A stretch of DNA of 64,000 nucleotides from a virus (Duplodnaviria; Caudoviricetes): the IMG/VR virus record IMGVR_UViG_3300012041_000002, positions 1 through 64,000 of that record. One strand, given 5' to 3'. The translations under genes and the position numbers were made by a program. Under the pieces are notes generated by a model that was given only the letters and a program-made list of their open reading frames with translations, was not told the DNA's origin and ran no database searches. Below are positions 16,734 to 25,385 of the stretch, in pieces (position 1 is the first letter of the stretch; the number at the start of each line of letters is the position of its first letter).

Positions 16734-17066
16734 ATGTCTGATTACTTGTTTACAAGACAGTTCTTTGGTTACGCAGACACCGACAAGAAGCGTACCGTAG
16801 AGGATAGGTTGCAAGAGGCGATGCTCAGGTATACGGAAAAGTACGGCAACCAGCCCGATATGATAGTGGTGAACGCATCGGACGTCGAGCAACTTGTTGC
16901 GGAGATGCGCAATAAGCCTTTCTTGGTAGAGGGGCAGCCACCTGCCGAGGCACCCCTTGATGCCATGGCCGAGGTTGGTAAGTTCTGCGGAGTGGGTGTC
17001 TACACCCGGCCATACATACGCCCCGGCCACTTTTGGCTGGGTATCCATGAGGAGAAAGTAGCATGA
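16734..17066 (+). CDS. small conserved protein resembling a Chloroflexota hypothetical family
   Basis: A..RY.EKYG..PD...VN...V...PGHFWLG pattern (from memory). Confidence 0.6.
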   Translation: MSDYLFTRQFFGYADTDKKRTVEDRLQEAMLRYTEKYGNQPDMIVVNASDVEQLVAEMRNKPFLVEGQPPAEAPLDAMAEVGKFCGVGVYTRPYIRPGHFWLGIHEEKVA

Positions 17067-17269
17067 GTTGGGACGACATAGACGACGATAATTACTCAGA
17101 CGGTATGACACCCCCACACTACAATGCCGGCAACGCCGGCTGGATACCACTCGACGATGATAGGAACTTTGACAGCTACTGCACATGTGGATGCCAATGT
17201 GAGCAGAAAGTTGAAGATGAGGGAAGGTGTGAGGACTGCCGCAAGGGTAACCACGTAGAGGCTTGTTGA
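17063..17269 (+). CDS. small acidic Cys-rich (Zn-binding?) protein
   Basis: CTCGCQC...CEDC...H. Confidence 0.6.
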   Translation: MSWDDIDDDNYSDGMTPPHYNAGNAGWIPLDDDRNFDSYCTCGCQCEQKVEDEGRCEDCRKGNHVEAC

Positions 17270-17487
17270 TAATGTGTGCCAAACCGTGGAGTGAGGCAGC
17301 GCACCTCACTCGCCTGGACAAGCATATCAGCAAATGCTTCGATATGAACACCCCGGCCTCGAAGAGCAGTTCAGAACGTTTCCGTAAATGGTACGAGAAA
17401 CGTAGCCAGGAGCCGGGATTTGTCGAAGAGTTCAAGGAATACAAGCGCAACAAGATGCGCGAGTATCGAACAAAAAGGAGAAAGTAA
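17263..17487 (+). CDS. basic hypothetical protein
   Basis: K/R-rich C-terminus. Confidence 0.5.
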   Translation: MLIMCAKPWSEAAHLTRLDKHISKCFDMNTPASKSSSERFRKWYEKRSQEPGFVEEFKEYKRNKMREYRTKRRK

Positions 17488-18233
17488 TGACTAGCTTTGC
17501 GATACCAGTACAACGCGGCTGTGGGAGCCGCCAGAAGGGGGGCGTTTACTTCGAGACTGCCCATGGCCCCGGAGGAAAGCCTGTGGAGTTCTTCCTGATA
17601 GACTCTCCCCTGCCGGTGCCCGCGGAACTGAACCTCTCTTCCATAGGGGTGCAGCTCGTGGAGTTCAACGGTGTCTACCACCTGATAGATGTCGTGGGCA
17701 AGGAGTATTACCCGAACGTGGCCGATTTTGTAGAGGAGGTGCGCAGGTTTGGGGTGTCTCGCCGGCTACCTTCTTCGCTCGACTTTTCGAAGATTACTCC
17801 CGAAACCAACCTTTATGCAGTGCATGACAGGGCCATAGTCAAAAACACCGGTGACTGGTTTGAGTATCCGGGCAACGAGTCTCCTGTCTGCCCCAAGGGG
17901 CTGGAGAACCACCCTCGAGGCGTGGAGTGCTGCGCCTGGGTGTGGTGGAATGATGTGGAAGGTGGGCACACACCCTCGCTGGCCGACTCCCTATTCGGCC
18001 CGGAAGAGTTGACAGACGTGTATGATTTGGAAAAAACCCGCATAGTGCGGGCTATGCCCTCGTTCACCTACCGGGCACACTCTCGCCCGGAGAAGATTAC
18101 CCCCAACTATGAGAGGGGCTTCTTCGCACGCTTCCCCATTGGTAGGCTGGTGGTGGTGAAGGGTGAGGATAACACCGAAAAGTTAGACAAGGTGCGCAAG
18201 GCACACACGCTGGTGGAGGAAGTGGATGAGTAA
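17487..18233 (+). CDS. conserved hypothetical protein
   Basis: RGCGSRQKGGVY...YPNVADFVEEVRRFGVSRR. Confidence 0.75.
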   Translation: MTSFAIPVQRGCGSRQKGGVYFETAHGPGGKPVEFFLIDSPLPVPAELNLSSIGVQLVEFNGVYHLIDVVGKEYYPNVADFVEEVRRFGVSRRLPSSLDFSKITPETNLYAVHDRAIVKNTGDWFEYPGNESPVCPKGLENHPRGVECCAWVWWNDVEGGHTPSLADSLFGPEELTDVYDLEKTRIVRAMPSFTYRAHSRPEKITPNYERGFFARFPIGRLVVVKGEDNTEKLDKVRKAHTLVEEVDE

Positions 18234-18735
18234 ATCTACCACAGCGCAACGTATCGCCACCCTGGAAAATGCTCTGAAAGAAACCCTGTGGATGGCGAGG
18301 AGATATGCCGATGGCCGCGCTACTTACGCGGCCAGCTCCTACAATTCCGTAGTTCGACAGTTACTGGAACTGGGGGTGAGCCTGCCAAAAACGGACGGCA
18401 CACTTTGGGCGCGTGATGGGATGGGGCGCAGGTATGATGGGCTGACTGACGCCGAGGCCGAGGAAGGCGCCAAACCACCAGATTGGCGTGAGGTGCTCAA
18501 CACCCAGATACAGCTAAGGTTGCAGGAGAGGGTGTGGGAATTAGAGGGGGCGCTCGATAGGGTTGATTGGAGAGATGTGGGCCCCATAAACAACGATATG
18601 TGCAGGGAGTGTGAGGCCACCATTGACGCCGAAACCCAAGAATTAGCTGACGGGAGCGGGTGGGATTACATAGTCCACAAAGCCGACTGCCCTATAGCCG
18701 TACTAAAAGGAGTGAAAAGTGAGAAAACTATCTGA
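18226..18735 (+). CDS. hypothetical protein with C-terminal Zn-binding motif
   Basis: CREC...HKADCP. Confidence 0.7.
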   Translation: MSKSTTAQRIATLENALKETLWMARRYADGRATYAASSYNSVVRQLLELGVSLPKTDGTLWARDGMGRRYDGLTDAEAEEGAKPPDWREVLNTQIQLRLQERVWELEGALDRVDWRDVGPINNDMCRECEATIDAETQELADGSGWDYIVHKADCPIAVLKGVKSEKTI

Positions 18736-19099
18736 ACTGATACATGAGGGTAGCCAGTGCCGCCCGCAAGGCTTCAATGGCTTCGTACAACTAGCCGGGG
18801 AGAATGACGAAATACGCACCTGTGCCATCGGCGCCGCTATGGAGGCTGTTGCTTCTGCTCCAACCCGTGATGGTTGTTCCTATTCATTCCATAGTTGGGA
18901 ATCGAAAGGGTATACAGGGTTACGCGAAGCACTTGGGATAGACATAGAGGACGATGATGAAGCCAGCATACCCTACCCACCAGAGTTAGGTTACAAGAGA
19001 GAACGCGACTGTATTCTGGAGGTTGTCGCTGTTCTGAACGATGAATATAAGTGGACGCGAGAGAAGATAGCCGATTACCTCGAAAGTATAGGATATTAG
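18719..19099 (+). CDS. paralogue family, subtype A (A5)
   Basis: KLSELIHEG...PQGF...TCAIGAAMEA...LNDEYKWTREKIADYLESIGY. Confidence 0.8.
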   Translation: MRKLSELIHEGSQCRPQGFNGFVQLAGENDEIRTCAIGAAMEAVASAPTRDGCSYSFHSWESKGYTGLREALGIDIEDDDEASIPYPPELGYKRERDCILEVVAVLNDEYKWTREKIADYLESIGY

Positions 19100-19107
19100 G
19101 GGGAACC

Positions 19108-19335
19108 ATGAAACTCGCTATGTCACCGGAAGAGTTTAGCGCGTGGCTTGAGAGGGAAAACTCCTGGCAATTCCCGGCCAAACCATACACAGATTGGCAG
19201 TGGTGGCTCGCAAGGGTTGATACACTAGCCAACCAGGAGATTACCCAACAGACAACCCTCAAAGAATTATCAGAAATCCATGATGCACGTTACATACTTG
19301 AACGCTTCGCAGCGTTCTCCGAAAAGCCCACTTAG
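19108..19335 (+). CDS. hypothetical protein
   Basis: 75-aa ORF. Confidence 0.55.
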   Translation: MKLAMSPEEFSAWLERENSWQFPAKPYTDWQWWLARVDTLANQEITQQTTLKELSEIHDARYILERFAAFSEKPT

Positions 19336-19344
19336 GAGGAACAA

Positions 19345-20178
19345 ATGAACACCGTAATCGAAGAAACAACCCAACTCAAACTAACCCCGGACACCCCTTA
19401 CACACCTGAACTACGCAGCATCTTCCTGACGCTGCTGCCACCAGACGAGGAGATATTTAGCAAGGAGCCGTCGCCTTCATTCGTGCGCAGCGTCGAGGCT
19501 TTTGGGGTGCTGCAACCTATCGGAGTGGTGCCCAGCACCGTATCCCCAGGTGGGTATGAGATAGGATTCGGCAGGCGCCGCGTCAAGTCTGCCCGCAAGG
19601 TAGGTATGCTGGAGATACCTGCTCTGGTGTTTCCCGAGGGCACACCGCTGCATATCCTGGCCGAGATAGAGAACAACCAGCGCTCTACTGACAAAACTCA
19701 GGACTTGCGCTTCATTTCTCAAATGGTTCGTGACGGGGCAGACGAGAAGGAAATCTCCAACATCACTGGCATGGCGATACCCACTATACGTAAGATGCTG
19801 CGCTTCACTTCGCTGGTGCCGGAGCTGCAAGAAGCCTTTATGGACGGGCGCATGGCCCTGACTGCCGCTGAGAGGGCTGTGAGACTGCCCAAGAGCAGCC
19901 AGCAGGAGCTGGTGGGGGTGCTGGAACAGGCGGGCAAACTCACCGAAAAGGATGTCCACACAGCCAACAAGGTATCCTCGGCAGCAGCTCTGCAATCCGT
20001 AAGTAGCCTGTTCGATGCAGCCCCGGAAGAGGTGCCCTGGTACATGCGCGTCAAGGACGACATCACCCGAGCCCTCGGCGCCATACACCCGGCACACCCA
20101 CGCCGGGCGGAGTGGGAGAGAAAGTTGGAGGAGCTGGTGGGGGAAATCTACGCAGACGGAGCAAAGTACAATGCCTAA
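19345..20178 (+). CDS. ParB/Spo0J-family protein
   Basis: SV..FGVLQPIGV, GRRRVKSA..G..EIPA, ENNQRS, then HTH region. Confidence 0.85.
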   Translation: MNTVIEETTQLKLTPDTPYTPELRSIFLTLLPPDEEIFSKEPSPSFVRSVEAFGVLQPIGVVPSTVSPGGYEIGFGRRRVKSARKVGMLEIPALVFPEGTPLHILAEIENNQRSTDKTQDLRFISQMVRDGADEKEISNITGMAIPTIRKMLRFTSLVPELQEAFMDGRMALTAAERAVRLPKSSQQELVGVLEQAGKLTEKDVHTANKVSSAAALQSVSSLFDAAPEEVPWYMRVKDDITRALGAIHPAHPRRAEWERKLEELVGEIYADGAKYNA

Positions 20179-20674
20179 ACATATGTACGAAGTATACAAT
20201 TTGCTAGGGGTTGTCGAGATAAACGTAGCTCTGGCCTGGGCGCTTATCGAGTCTGACGGCAGAGAGCCCAGCGGGTACGCCGATGTGCAGGAGCAGGGGC
20301 TCAAAATGTTCGGGCCACTGGTGGAGGAAGAGGAAGCTCCCAAATACATAAACCTGTTCTCTTACTATGTGGACAAAGAAAAAGCCCTCACCGACGAATC
20401 CGTAGATGTCACAGTGCCGGTGATTCTCGCGGATATTGGGGAGTACGGCACCCCTATTATCGATGGTGTCCATCGCATGTATAAGGCGTATGCCACCGGG
20501 GTAGAAACTATACCGGTGCATAAACTGTCTGCGATAGAAACCTACTGTCTCATGGGAGAGGGCAGGAGCCTTCTCTTCCACAATGATGGGCAAACACGCA
20601 ACAATAGTCGCATAGAAGAGATAAAGCAACTCCAGAAGAAGCTCAAGCCGCTGAAAGGAGCGATAGCAGCATGA
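20171..20674 (+). CDS. ParB/sulfiredoxin-like domain protein
   Basis: PVILAD...IIDGVHRMYKA..TGVETIPV. Confidence 0.65.
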   Translation: MPKHMYEVYNLLGVVEINVALAWALIESDGREPSGYADVQEQGLKMFGPLVEEEEAPKYINLFSYYVDKEKALTDESVDVTVPVILADIGEYGTPIIDGVHRMYKAYATGVETIPVHKLSAIETYCLMGEGRSLLFHNDGQTRNNSRIEEIKQLQKKLKPLKGAIAA

Positions 20675-21012
20675 TGAAAGCATCAGAACTGTTACGAGAA
20701 ACACGAAAACTCATCGAAAAACCCGAAAACTGGACAACCGGCGCCTGGGCAAAGGACGCCAAAGGCAAGAATACACACGAAACCAGCCCAAACGCGGTTT
20801 GTTGGTGTGCCTTCGGGGCGTTCCTGAAAGCATCGGATGCGGCTTATAACTCTGGCGAGTATAGAGAGCAACTTTACTTCGCTGCGGAGGCTCTAACCAA
20901 GTGTGCTGGTGGTAGTGTCATAACCTTCAACGATTTGCACACCCACGAAGAGGTACTGGCCCTGTTTGACACCACTATAGCACAGCTGGAAGCTGTCGAG
21001 GCAGCAGCATGA
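20671..21012 (+). CDS. paralogue family, subtype B (B6; DUF6197-like)
   Basis: WTTGAWAKDAKG...AVCWCAFGAF...FNDLHTHEEVLALFD. Confidence 0.8.
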   Translation: MMKASELLRETRKLIEKPENWTTGAWAKDAKGKNTHETSPNAVCWCAFGAFLKASDAAYNSGEYREQLYFAAEALTKCAGGSVITFNDLHTHEEVLALFDTTIAQLEAVEAAA

Positions 21013-21413
21013 GCCTCATACTTCCACCGCACGTCGAAGAAGCACGACGTAAGCAGTCTCTGGCAGGCACCTACACCCCTCTTCCCTTACCCTCAGAAGT
21101 CAAGGAGGTACTCCTGCCCAACGGAGTGAAACTCCGACAGAGGGAAATAGTGCGAATGTCCAACGGAGAGCCGGGGGTGTGGTATGTAGCTTCACGTACC
21201 GGCCTGCGTGTACTGGCAACCACCCGTGTACAGGAGGAATCCAGGATACTGCTAGTCTCCCTGTCCTACAAGAATAAGCCACCCTCTCTGGCAGACGTCT
21301 GGAATGTACGGGCAGGTTTCTACCCTAACGAAGTGCCGGTAGTTATATATGTCGGCGATAAATTTGCCGACGATGCCGAGCATAATGTGGTGGAGTTGAG
21401 GCAGGCCGGGTAA
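21009..21413 (+). CDS. hypothetical protein
   Basis: LLVSLSYKNKPPS..DV..VR..F. Confidence 0.7.
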   Translation: MSLILPPHVEEARRKQSLAGTYTPLPLPSEVKEVLLPNGVKLRQREIVRMSNGEPGVWYVASRTGLRVLATTRVQEESRILLVSLSYKNKPPSLADVWNVRAGFYPNEVPVVIYVGDKFADDAEHNVVELRQAG

Positions 21414-22027
21414 TGAGCAAAATTTACCTGGATAGCTTCGATATAGAGGTAGAAAAGGCAGTGCTCATAGATTCTATTGCGAAGAAAAACGACGCCTTCT
21501 GGCGTGAAAATACGTATATCGCAGCCGAGGTGAGTGCTGCTCTGGCTAATAATCAGTTTGTGTCTCTGGAGAGGGCAGAAAGGTTCCTGCACCGTATGGT
21601 ACACAAGTATCGTAGGGAAATAGCGGTGGGGTTCAATAGTCGGGGAGAGTATGCGTTCAACATTACGGGTGGGGAGTATTCGATAGAAATCCCGGACTCC
21701 ATGATGGAGGAGATAAAGGAGGGAGGGGTGCTTACGCATTCTCACCCGGACGATGAGCCACTGAGCTGGAACGATATTTACTCCTCGGCAATTTGGGGGC
21801 TGTGGGAAATCAGAGCCGTTACACCGTGCGGTACGGTTCACACTATATCGGCTCCCACCAATCTTGGTGGGAAGATTAGGGCTTTAGAAAAATTTGTGGA
21901 GGAACATGGTTGCAGTATGTACACCACCGAACGAATCCTAACAATCTTCGCCCAGGAACATAATCTGCATTACACAACATTACACATAGGAGGGGGTATT
22001 GAACACGAATCTGGAAACCACGGCTAG
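21413..22027 (+). CDS. JAB/MPN-like metal-binding domain protein
   Basis: E...THSHP....SWND...GLWEIRAV. Confidence 0.55.
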   Translation: MSKIYLDSFDIEVEKAVLIDSIAKKNDAFWRENTYIAAEVSAALANNQFVSLERAERFLHRMVHKYRREIAVGFNSRGEYAFNITGGEYSIEIPDSMMEEIKEGGVLTHSHPDDEPLSWNDIYSSAIWGLWEIRAVTPCGTVHTISAPTNLGGKIRALEKFVEEHGCSMYTTERILTIFAQEHNLHYTTLHIGGGIEHESGNHG

Positions 22028-22400
22028 TCACATGGAAGCCAGCTACAATCTTGGGTATGAAACCGCGAAGAAGGATTATGAGTATGGCCCACCCATCTTC
22101 AACAACTACTCGTGGTTTATTCGCAGGAAGATGACACTTTTACCAGTTCCCACAAGCTACGACGATTTTTGCCGTGGCTACACACAGTTTATCCGAGAGC
22201 AAACCACTTACCTTGCTTACAAAGATGATACAGGGGAGGTTTACGTATTCCATGACATAGCAACCGACACCTTCGGGTACGACATTATATTCACCCCGCA
22301 GAACCGGACTGCCTACTCAGCAGGGCAAACTACGGGGTTCAACACAACCTACTTCGCCGAACTGGAAGGTAGGAAAATTCTAGCATTAGGAGCAAGCTAA
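21999..22400 (+). CDS. hypothetical protein
   Basis: 133-aa ORF. Confidence 0.6.
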   Translation: MNTNLETTASHMEASYNLGYETAKKDYEYGPPIFNNYSWFIRRKMTLLPVPTSYDDFCRGYTQFIREQTTYLAYKDDTGEVYVFHDIATDTFGYDIIFTPQNRTAYSAGQTTGFNTTYFAELEGRKILALGAS

Positions 22401-22401
22401 C

Positions 22402-23037
22402 ATGGCAGATACATTTGGAGCCACCACAGAAGCAACAATCAACCCGAACGCCTTGAAACCTCCCGTACCGGCCCTGTACGGGGGCCGGGGGCTACGCCCG
22501 CTGGCGGAGATACAAGAGGACTTGAAACGCCCCATACCGGCAGAGCTACTCTTCTGGAAACCCGGTAAGGGTGGCAGCAAAATGCTACTCTACTGGCCCT
22601 GGTGGGTTGGTGTCCGGGCATTCGACAAGATGGCCCCCGGGTGGAGTTTGGAACTCTCCTCACCGGTAATCTCCTCCGACGGGCACGTTTCGATAGTCGC
22701 CAAAGTGTTCATACCCTGTCTGGAAAATTCCTACCCGGGGTTCTTCAAATCCTCGAGCGGGGGTGATTACGAGGGAACCAAAGAGGCCCAGCAGGTGCAG
22801 GGCAGCAGCGGAACGTACACCAAGGAAGCCACTTTTGGCAAGGGATTTGACCCGGTTCTGGACGCCGAACGGCAGGCAATGTGCCGGGCTATGTCCAACT
22901 GGGGGTTCGGCTTTGATTTGTACGTACCGGAGAAGCTCAGGTTACACAAGTGGGTTGAGCCACCCCCGCCAGATGATGAGCCGTGGAAATACCCCAATCG
23001 CCAGCAGGGGGGGAGCTACAAGGGTAAGGGGCGTTAG
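22402..23037 (+). CDS. Rad52/Sak/DdrA-like single-strand annealing protein
   Basis: LKRPIP....WKP...Y.....FD...PGWS...AERQAMCRAMSNWGFGFDLY. Confidence 0.75.
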   Translation: MADTFGATTEATINPNALKPPVPALYGGRGLRPLAEIQEDLKRPIPAELLFWKPGKGGSKMLLYWPWWVGVRAFDKMAPGWSLELSSPVISSDGHVSIVAKVFIPCLENSYPGFFKSSSGGDYEGTKEAQQVQGSSGTYTKEATFGKGFDPVLDAERQAMCRAMSNWGFGFDLYVPEKLRLHKWVEPPPPDDEPWKYPNRQQGGSYKGKGR

Positions 23038-23298
23038 ATGGCTACCAAAACCATCACAGTATGTGACTTTTGTGGAGAGGTGTTGGAGGAAAAGCGGGCG
23101 GTGATTGAGGTAAAGTCTACCGAAATTGTGCTCAATCCGCACAATGGGATAGCGGATAATATGTACGAGGAGCTGGATATGTGTATGTATTGTGTAGAGT
23201 ATGGGCTAGAACACCTTCTCAAACAAATCAATTACCAGCAGACAGTCGAATGGAGAACTTCCCTGAAAAATAAATGCGACGATAGAATCTACTCCTAA
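23038..23298 (+). CDS. hypothetical protein (Zn-binding CxxC pairs)
   Basis: CDFC...CMYC. Confidence 0.6.
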   Translation: MATKTITVCDFCGEVLEEKRAVIEVKSTEIVLNPHNGIADNMYEELDMCMYCVEYGLEHLLKQINYQQTVEWRTSLKNKCDDRIYS

Positions 23299-23320
23299 CC
23301 ACCAATATCCATTACTTAGT

Positions 23321-23349
23321 ACCCCCGAGCGCATTGCTCGGGGGTTTTT
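23321..23349 (+). terminator. rho-independent terminator
   Basis: ACCCCCGAGC-GCATT-GCTCGGGGGT then TTTT. Confidence 0.85.
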
Positions 23350-23427
23350 GTATCTCTGAAAGGGGGTGGTTTATGAAAGGGTAACCTCGTCGGCAGTATC
23401 AGCAACACTAACATAAAGGAGAAAATC

Positions 23428-24063
23428 GTGCAGTTCAAATCGACAGCCAGAAAGTTCCTGGCATTAATCCTGGGTGTGTCTGCCCTGGCCGGTATCGCGC
23501 ACCCGTATAGTGCGCAAGCAGAGGCAGAGCAGCCCCAGTCTCCGGGCTTTACCACCGAAACAAAGCCTATAGACGACCCGAACATTATGCGCCTCACAGT
23601 ACAATTCAACTTGCAGGGGTTACCCCAGGGGATTATTTGTGACTCCAGGCGCAGCACAAGGTTCGTAGCCATTCAGTTTACTCTGAACGGTAACATTTAC
23701 GATTGGTACCCTCAAACCGACTGTTTGGGTAGGGCCGAGGTTGACTTACCCAATGGATACGGGCAGTTCGAATTATGGGCCAAGGCGGATTCGTGGTTGG
23801 CGGCTCGTGGCTCATTCACATGGCCCGGCCCAGGCTATAACCTCGTTATAATCAGTGACCCGCTAGATGGTGGGGATGCGAACGCCGACAACATCATAAA
23901 CATTGTTGACTTCAATGTTTATGTGAACACGTTTGGGTGTTCCTGGGTGGATTCATGTTACCAGCTCTTCGCCGATATTGACAGAAACCACTTCATCAGT
24001 GTGACGGACTTCAACATCTTCCAGGGAAACCATGGAAATGCTGGCGCACCACCGATACACTAA
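23428..24063 (+). CDS. secreted protein with C-terminal dockerin-like (paired EF-hand) domain
   Basis: Signal peptide; GDANADNIINIVDF...ADIDRNHFISVTDF. Confidence 0.8.
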   Translation: MQFKSTARKFLALILGVSALAGIAHPYSAQAEAEQPQSPGFTTETKPIDDPNIMRLTVQFNLQGLPQGIICDSRRSTRFVAIQFTLNGNIYDWYPQTDCLGRAEVDLPNGYGQFELWAKADSWLAARGSFTWPGPGYNLVIISDPLDGGDANADNIINIVDFNVYVNTFGCSWVDSCYQLFADIDRNHFISVTDFNIFQGNHGNAGAPPIH

Positions 24064-24127
24064 CACGTTTTGATAGTCTCGTAGCTCATGTGGTACAATT
24101 ATCCTTGAATCCCTTGGAGGTATACAC

Positions 24128-24310
24128 ATGAGCTACAAACTAACCATATCCGCGGCACTGGTGTTGGTGCTGGTAACTGTATTGGCCGGGTGCAATATCC
24201 AACCCCCACTCACAGTATCTAGTAGGTTGGTACCTGCGCGTTATACGTATATGGTTCCGACACCGGGGCCGACAATTCCAGAGGCAATAGAAACAGGGGA
24301 GCCCAAATAA
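24128..24310 (+). CDS. small lipoprotein
   Basis: Hydrophobic signal ending in LAGC lipobox; GGAGG RBS. Confidence 0.7.
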   Translation: MSYKLTISAALVLVLVTVLAGCNIQPPLTVSSRLVPARYTYMVPTPGPTIPEAIETGEPK

Positions 24311-24369
24311 TAGCAATTCCTGCAACTCATGTGGTATACTGTTTCCCAAATCTTACGGAGGGTAGATAC

Positions 24370-24537
24370 ATGGATTGCAGGGACTGTTCACGCTGCCATG
24401 AACGAGCGGCTATAGGAATGTCAATGGGGTGCATTCGCGTAATGTGGGCCCTGACAACCATTCCGTTCTGGATTGACTTATTCAGGAAAAAGTGCCCGTA
24501 CTGCGGGCACCCCATTAGTTGGCACAAGTTTGTATAG
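24370..24537 (+). CDS. small Cys-rich membrane protein
   Basis: MDCRDCSRC...hydrophobic core...CPYCGH. Confidence 0.6.
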   Translation: MDCRDCSRCHERAAIGMSMGCIRVMWALTTIPFWIDLFRKKCPYCGHPISWHKFV

Positions 24538-24546
24538 GAGAAAATA

Positions 24547-24819
24547 ATGCCTCAGTATAAAGTTCTGGACAAAAATGCTCTGCGCAGGTTCAGTAAAGAA
24601 GCCGAGAAGCGTGGGATAACGGGCGCCAGTGTGGAGAGGCTTGATAAGCTGCTAGAGAAACAGCCCGACGATACCCTGTACCCTATTGGCTTTTCGTACC
24701 TGCATAATGACAAAGATGTGAGGTGTTCGGTAACACTCAACGAAGATAGCGAATCTGTGCTACTGGACATTCCTCTGCAAAACTTCAACCACCTGCCAAG
24801 TGTAGAGGTTGATGAATGA
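24547..24819 (+). CDS. hypothetical protein
   Basis: AGGAG RBS. Confidence 0.65.
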   Translation: MPQYKVLDKNALRRFSKEAEKRGITGASVERLDKLLEKQPDDTLYPIGFSYLHNDKDVRCSVTLNEDSESVLLDIPLQNFNHLPSVEVDE

Positions 24820-25088
24820 TGGAAATGACAGTCGAAGAGGCAATATCTCACCTAAACTACAGTCTTGCGGTTGGTTATGAAGAGGATACTAAGCCTCACA
24901 CCTTGCAAGAGCTAGATGCTATAGCATACTTAGTGTTGTCAAAAGAGATGCTCCGACTGCGAGGGATAATCTGCAAGGCCGGGGTTATGATGAGAGAGGC
25001 TGGTGTCAATAGTGGTAGATACACAGACGAAGTGCTCGCCGAATCCACCAAGTATGACAGATACGGAAAAATAAAGGGAGGGGGCTAA
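24816..25088 (+). CDS. hypothetical protein
   Basis: coupled ORF. Confidence 0.6.
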   Translation: MMEMTVEEAISHLNYSLAVGYEEDTKPHTLQELDAIAYLVLSKEMLRLRGIICKAGVMMREAGVNSGRYTDEVLAESTKYDRYGKIKGGG

Positions 25089-25099
25089 TTAGCCCCCTC
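25078..25099. terminator. 22-bp perfect palindrome at convergence of operons (bidirectional terminator-like)
   Basis: GAGGGGGCTAA-TTAGCCCCCTC. Confidence 0.65.
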
Positions 25100-25103
25100 T
25101 TCC

Positions 25104-25385
25104 TCATCCTGCCAAGTCTATCACCCTCTCGTGCATGTACTCCTTGGCTGCGGTGTACAGGGCGCCCTCTGCTTCACTGTCAATCCACTCCAATTGGGTG
25201 GCCCCATCGTGCCCGTGGACATCAATGGCAGCCGCGATACTATCGAAAATAACATACGAGCGGTTATCCCCTACACACCAGCGCATCGCCACACGCCCGT
25301 CGGAGAACTCAACACCCTCCACAACCACCCCCGGGCCGGAGTAGCCGCTGATGTCCTGATACCGAACGAATACAAACCTACGCAC
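25104..25385 (-). CDS. conserved phage hypothetical protein
   Basis: R..DISG.SG.G.V.EGVEFSDG.VAMRW. Confidence 0.75.
   Translation of the reverse strand: MRRFVFVRYQDISGYSGPGVVVEGVEFSDGRVAMRWCVGDNRSYVIFDSIAAAIDVHGHDGATQLEWIDSEAEGALYTAAKEYMHERVIDLAG

Noticed and set aside
16458-17681. 407-aa minus-strand ORF
   Set aside because: Antisense shadow of several well-formed plus-strand genes with RBSs; no recognisable motifs.
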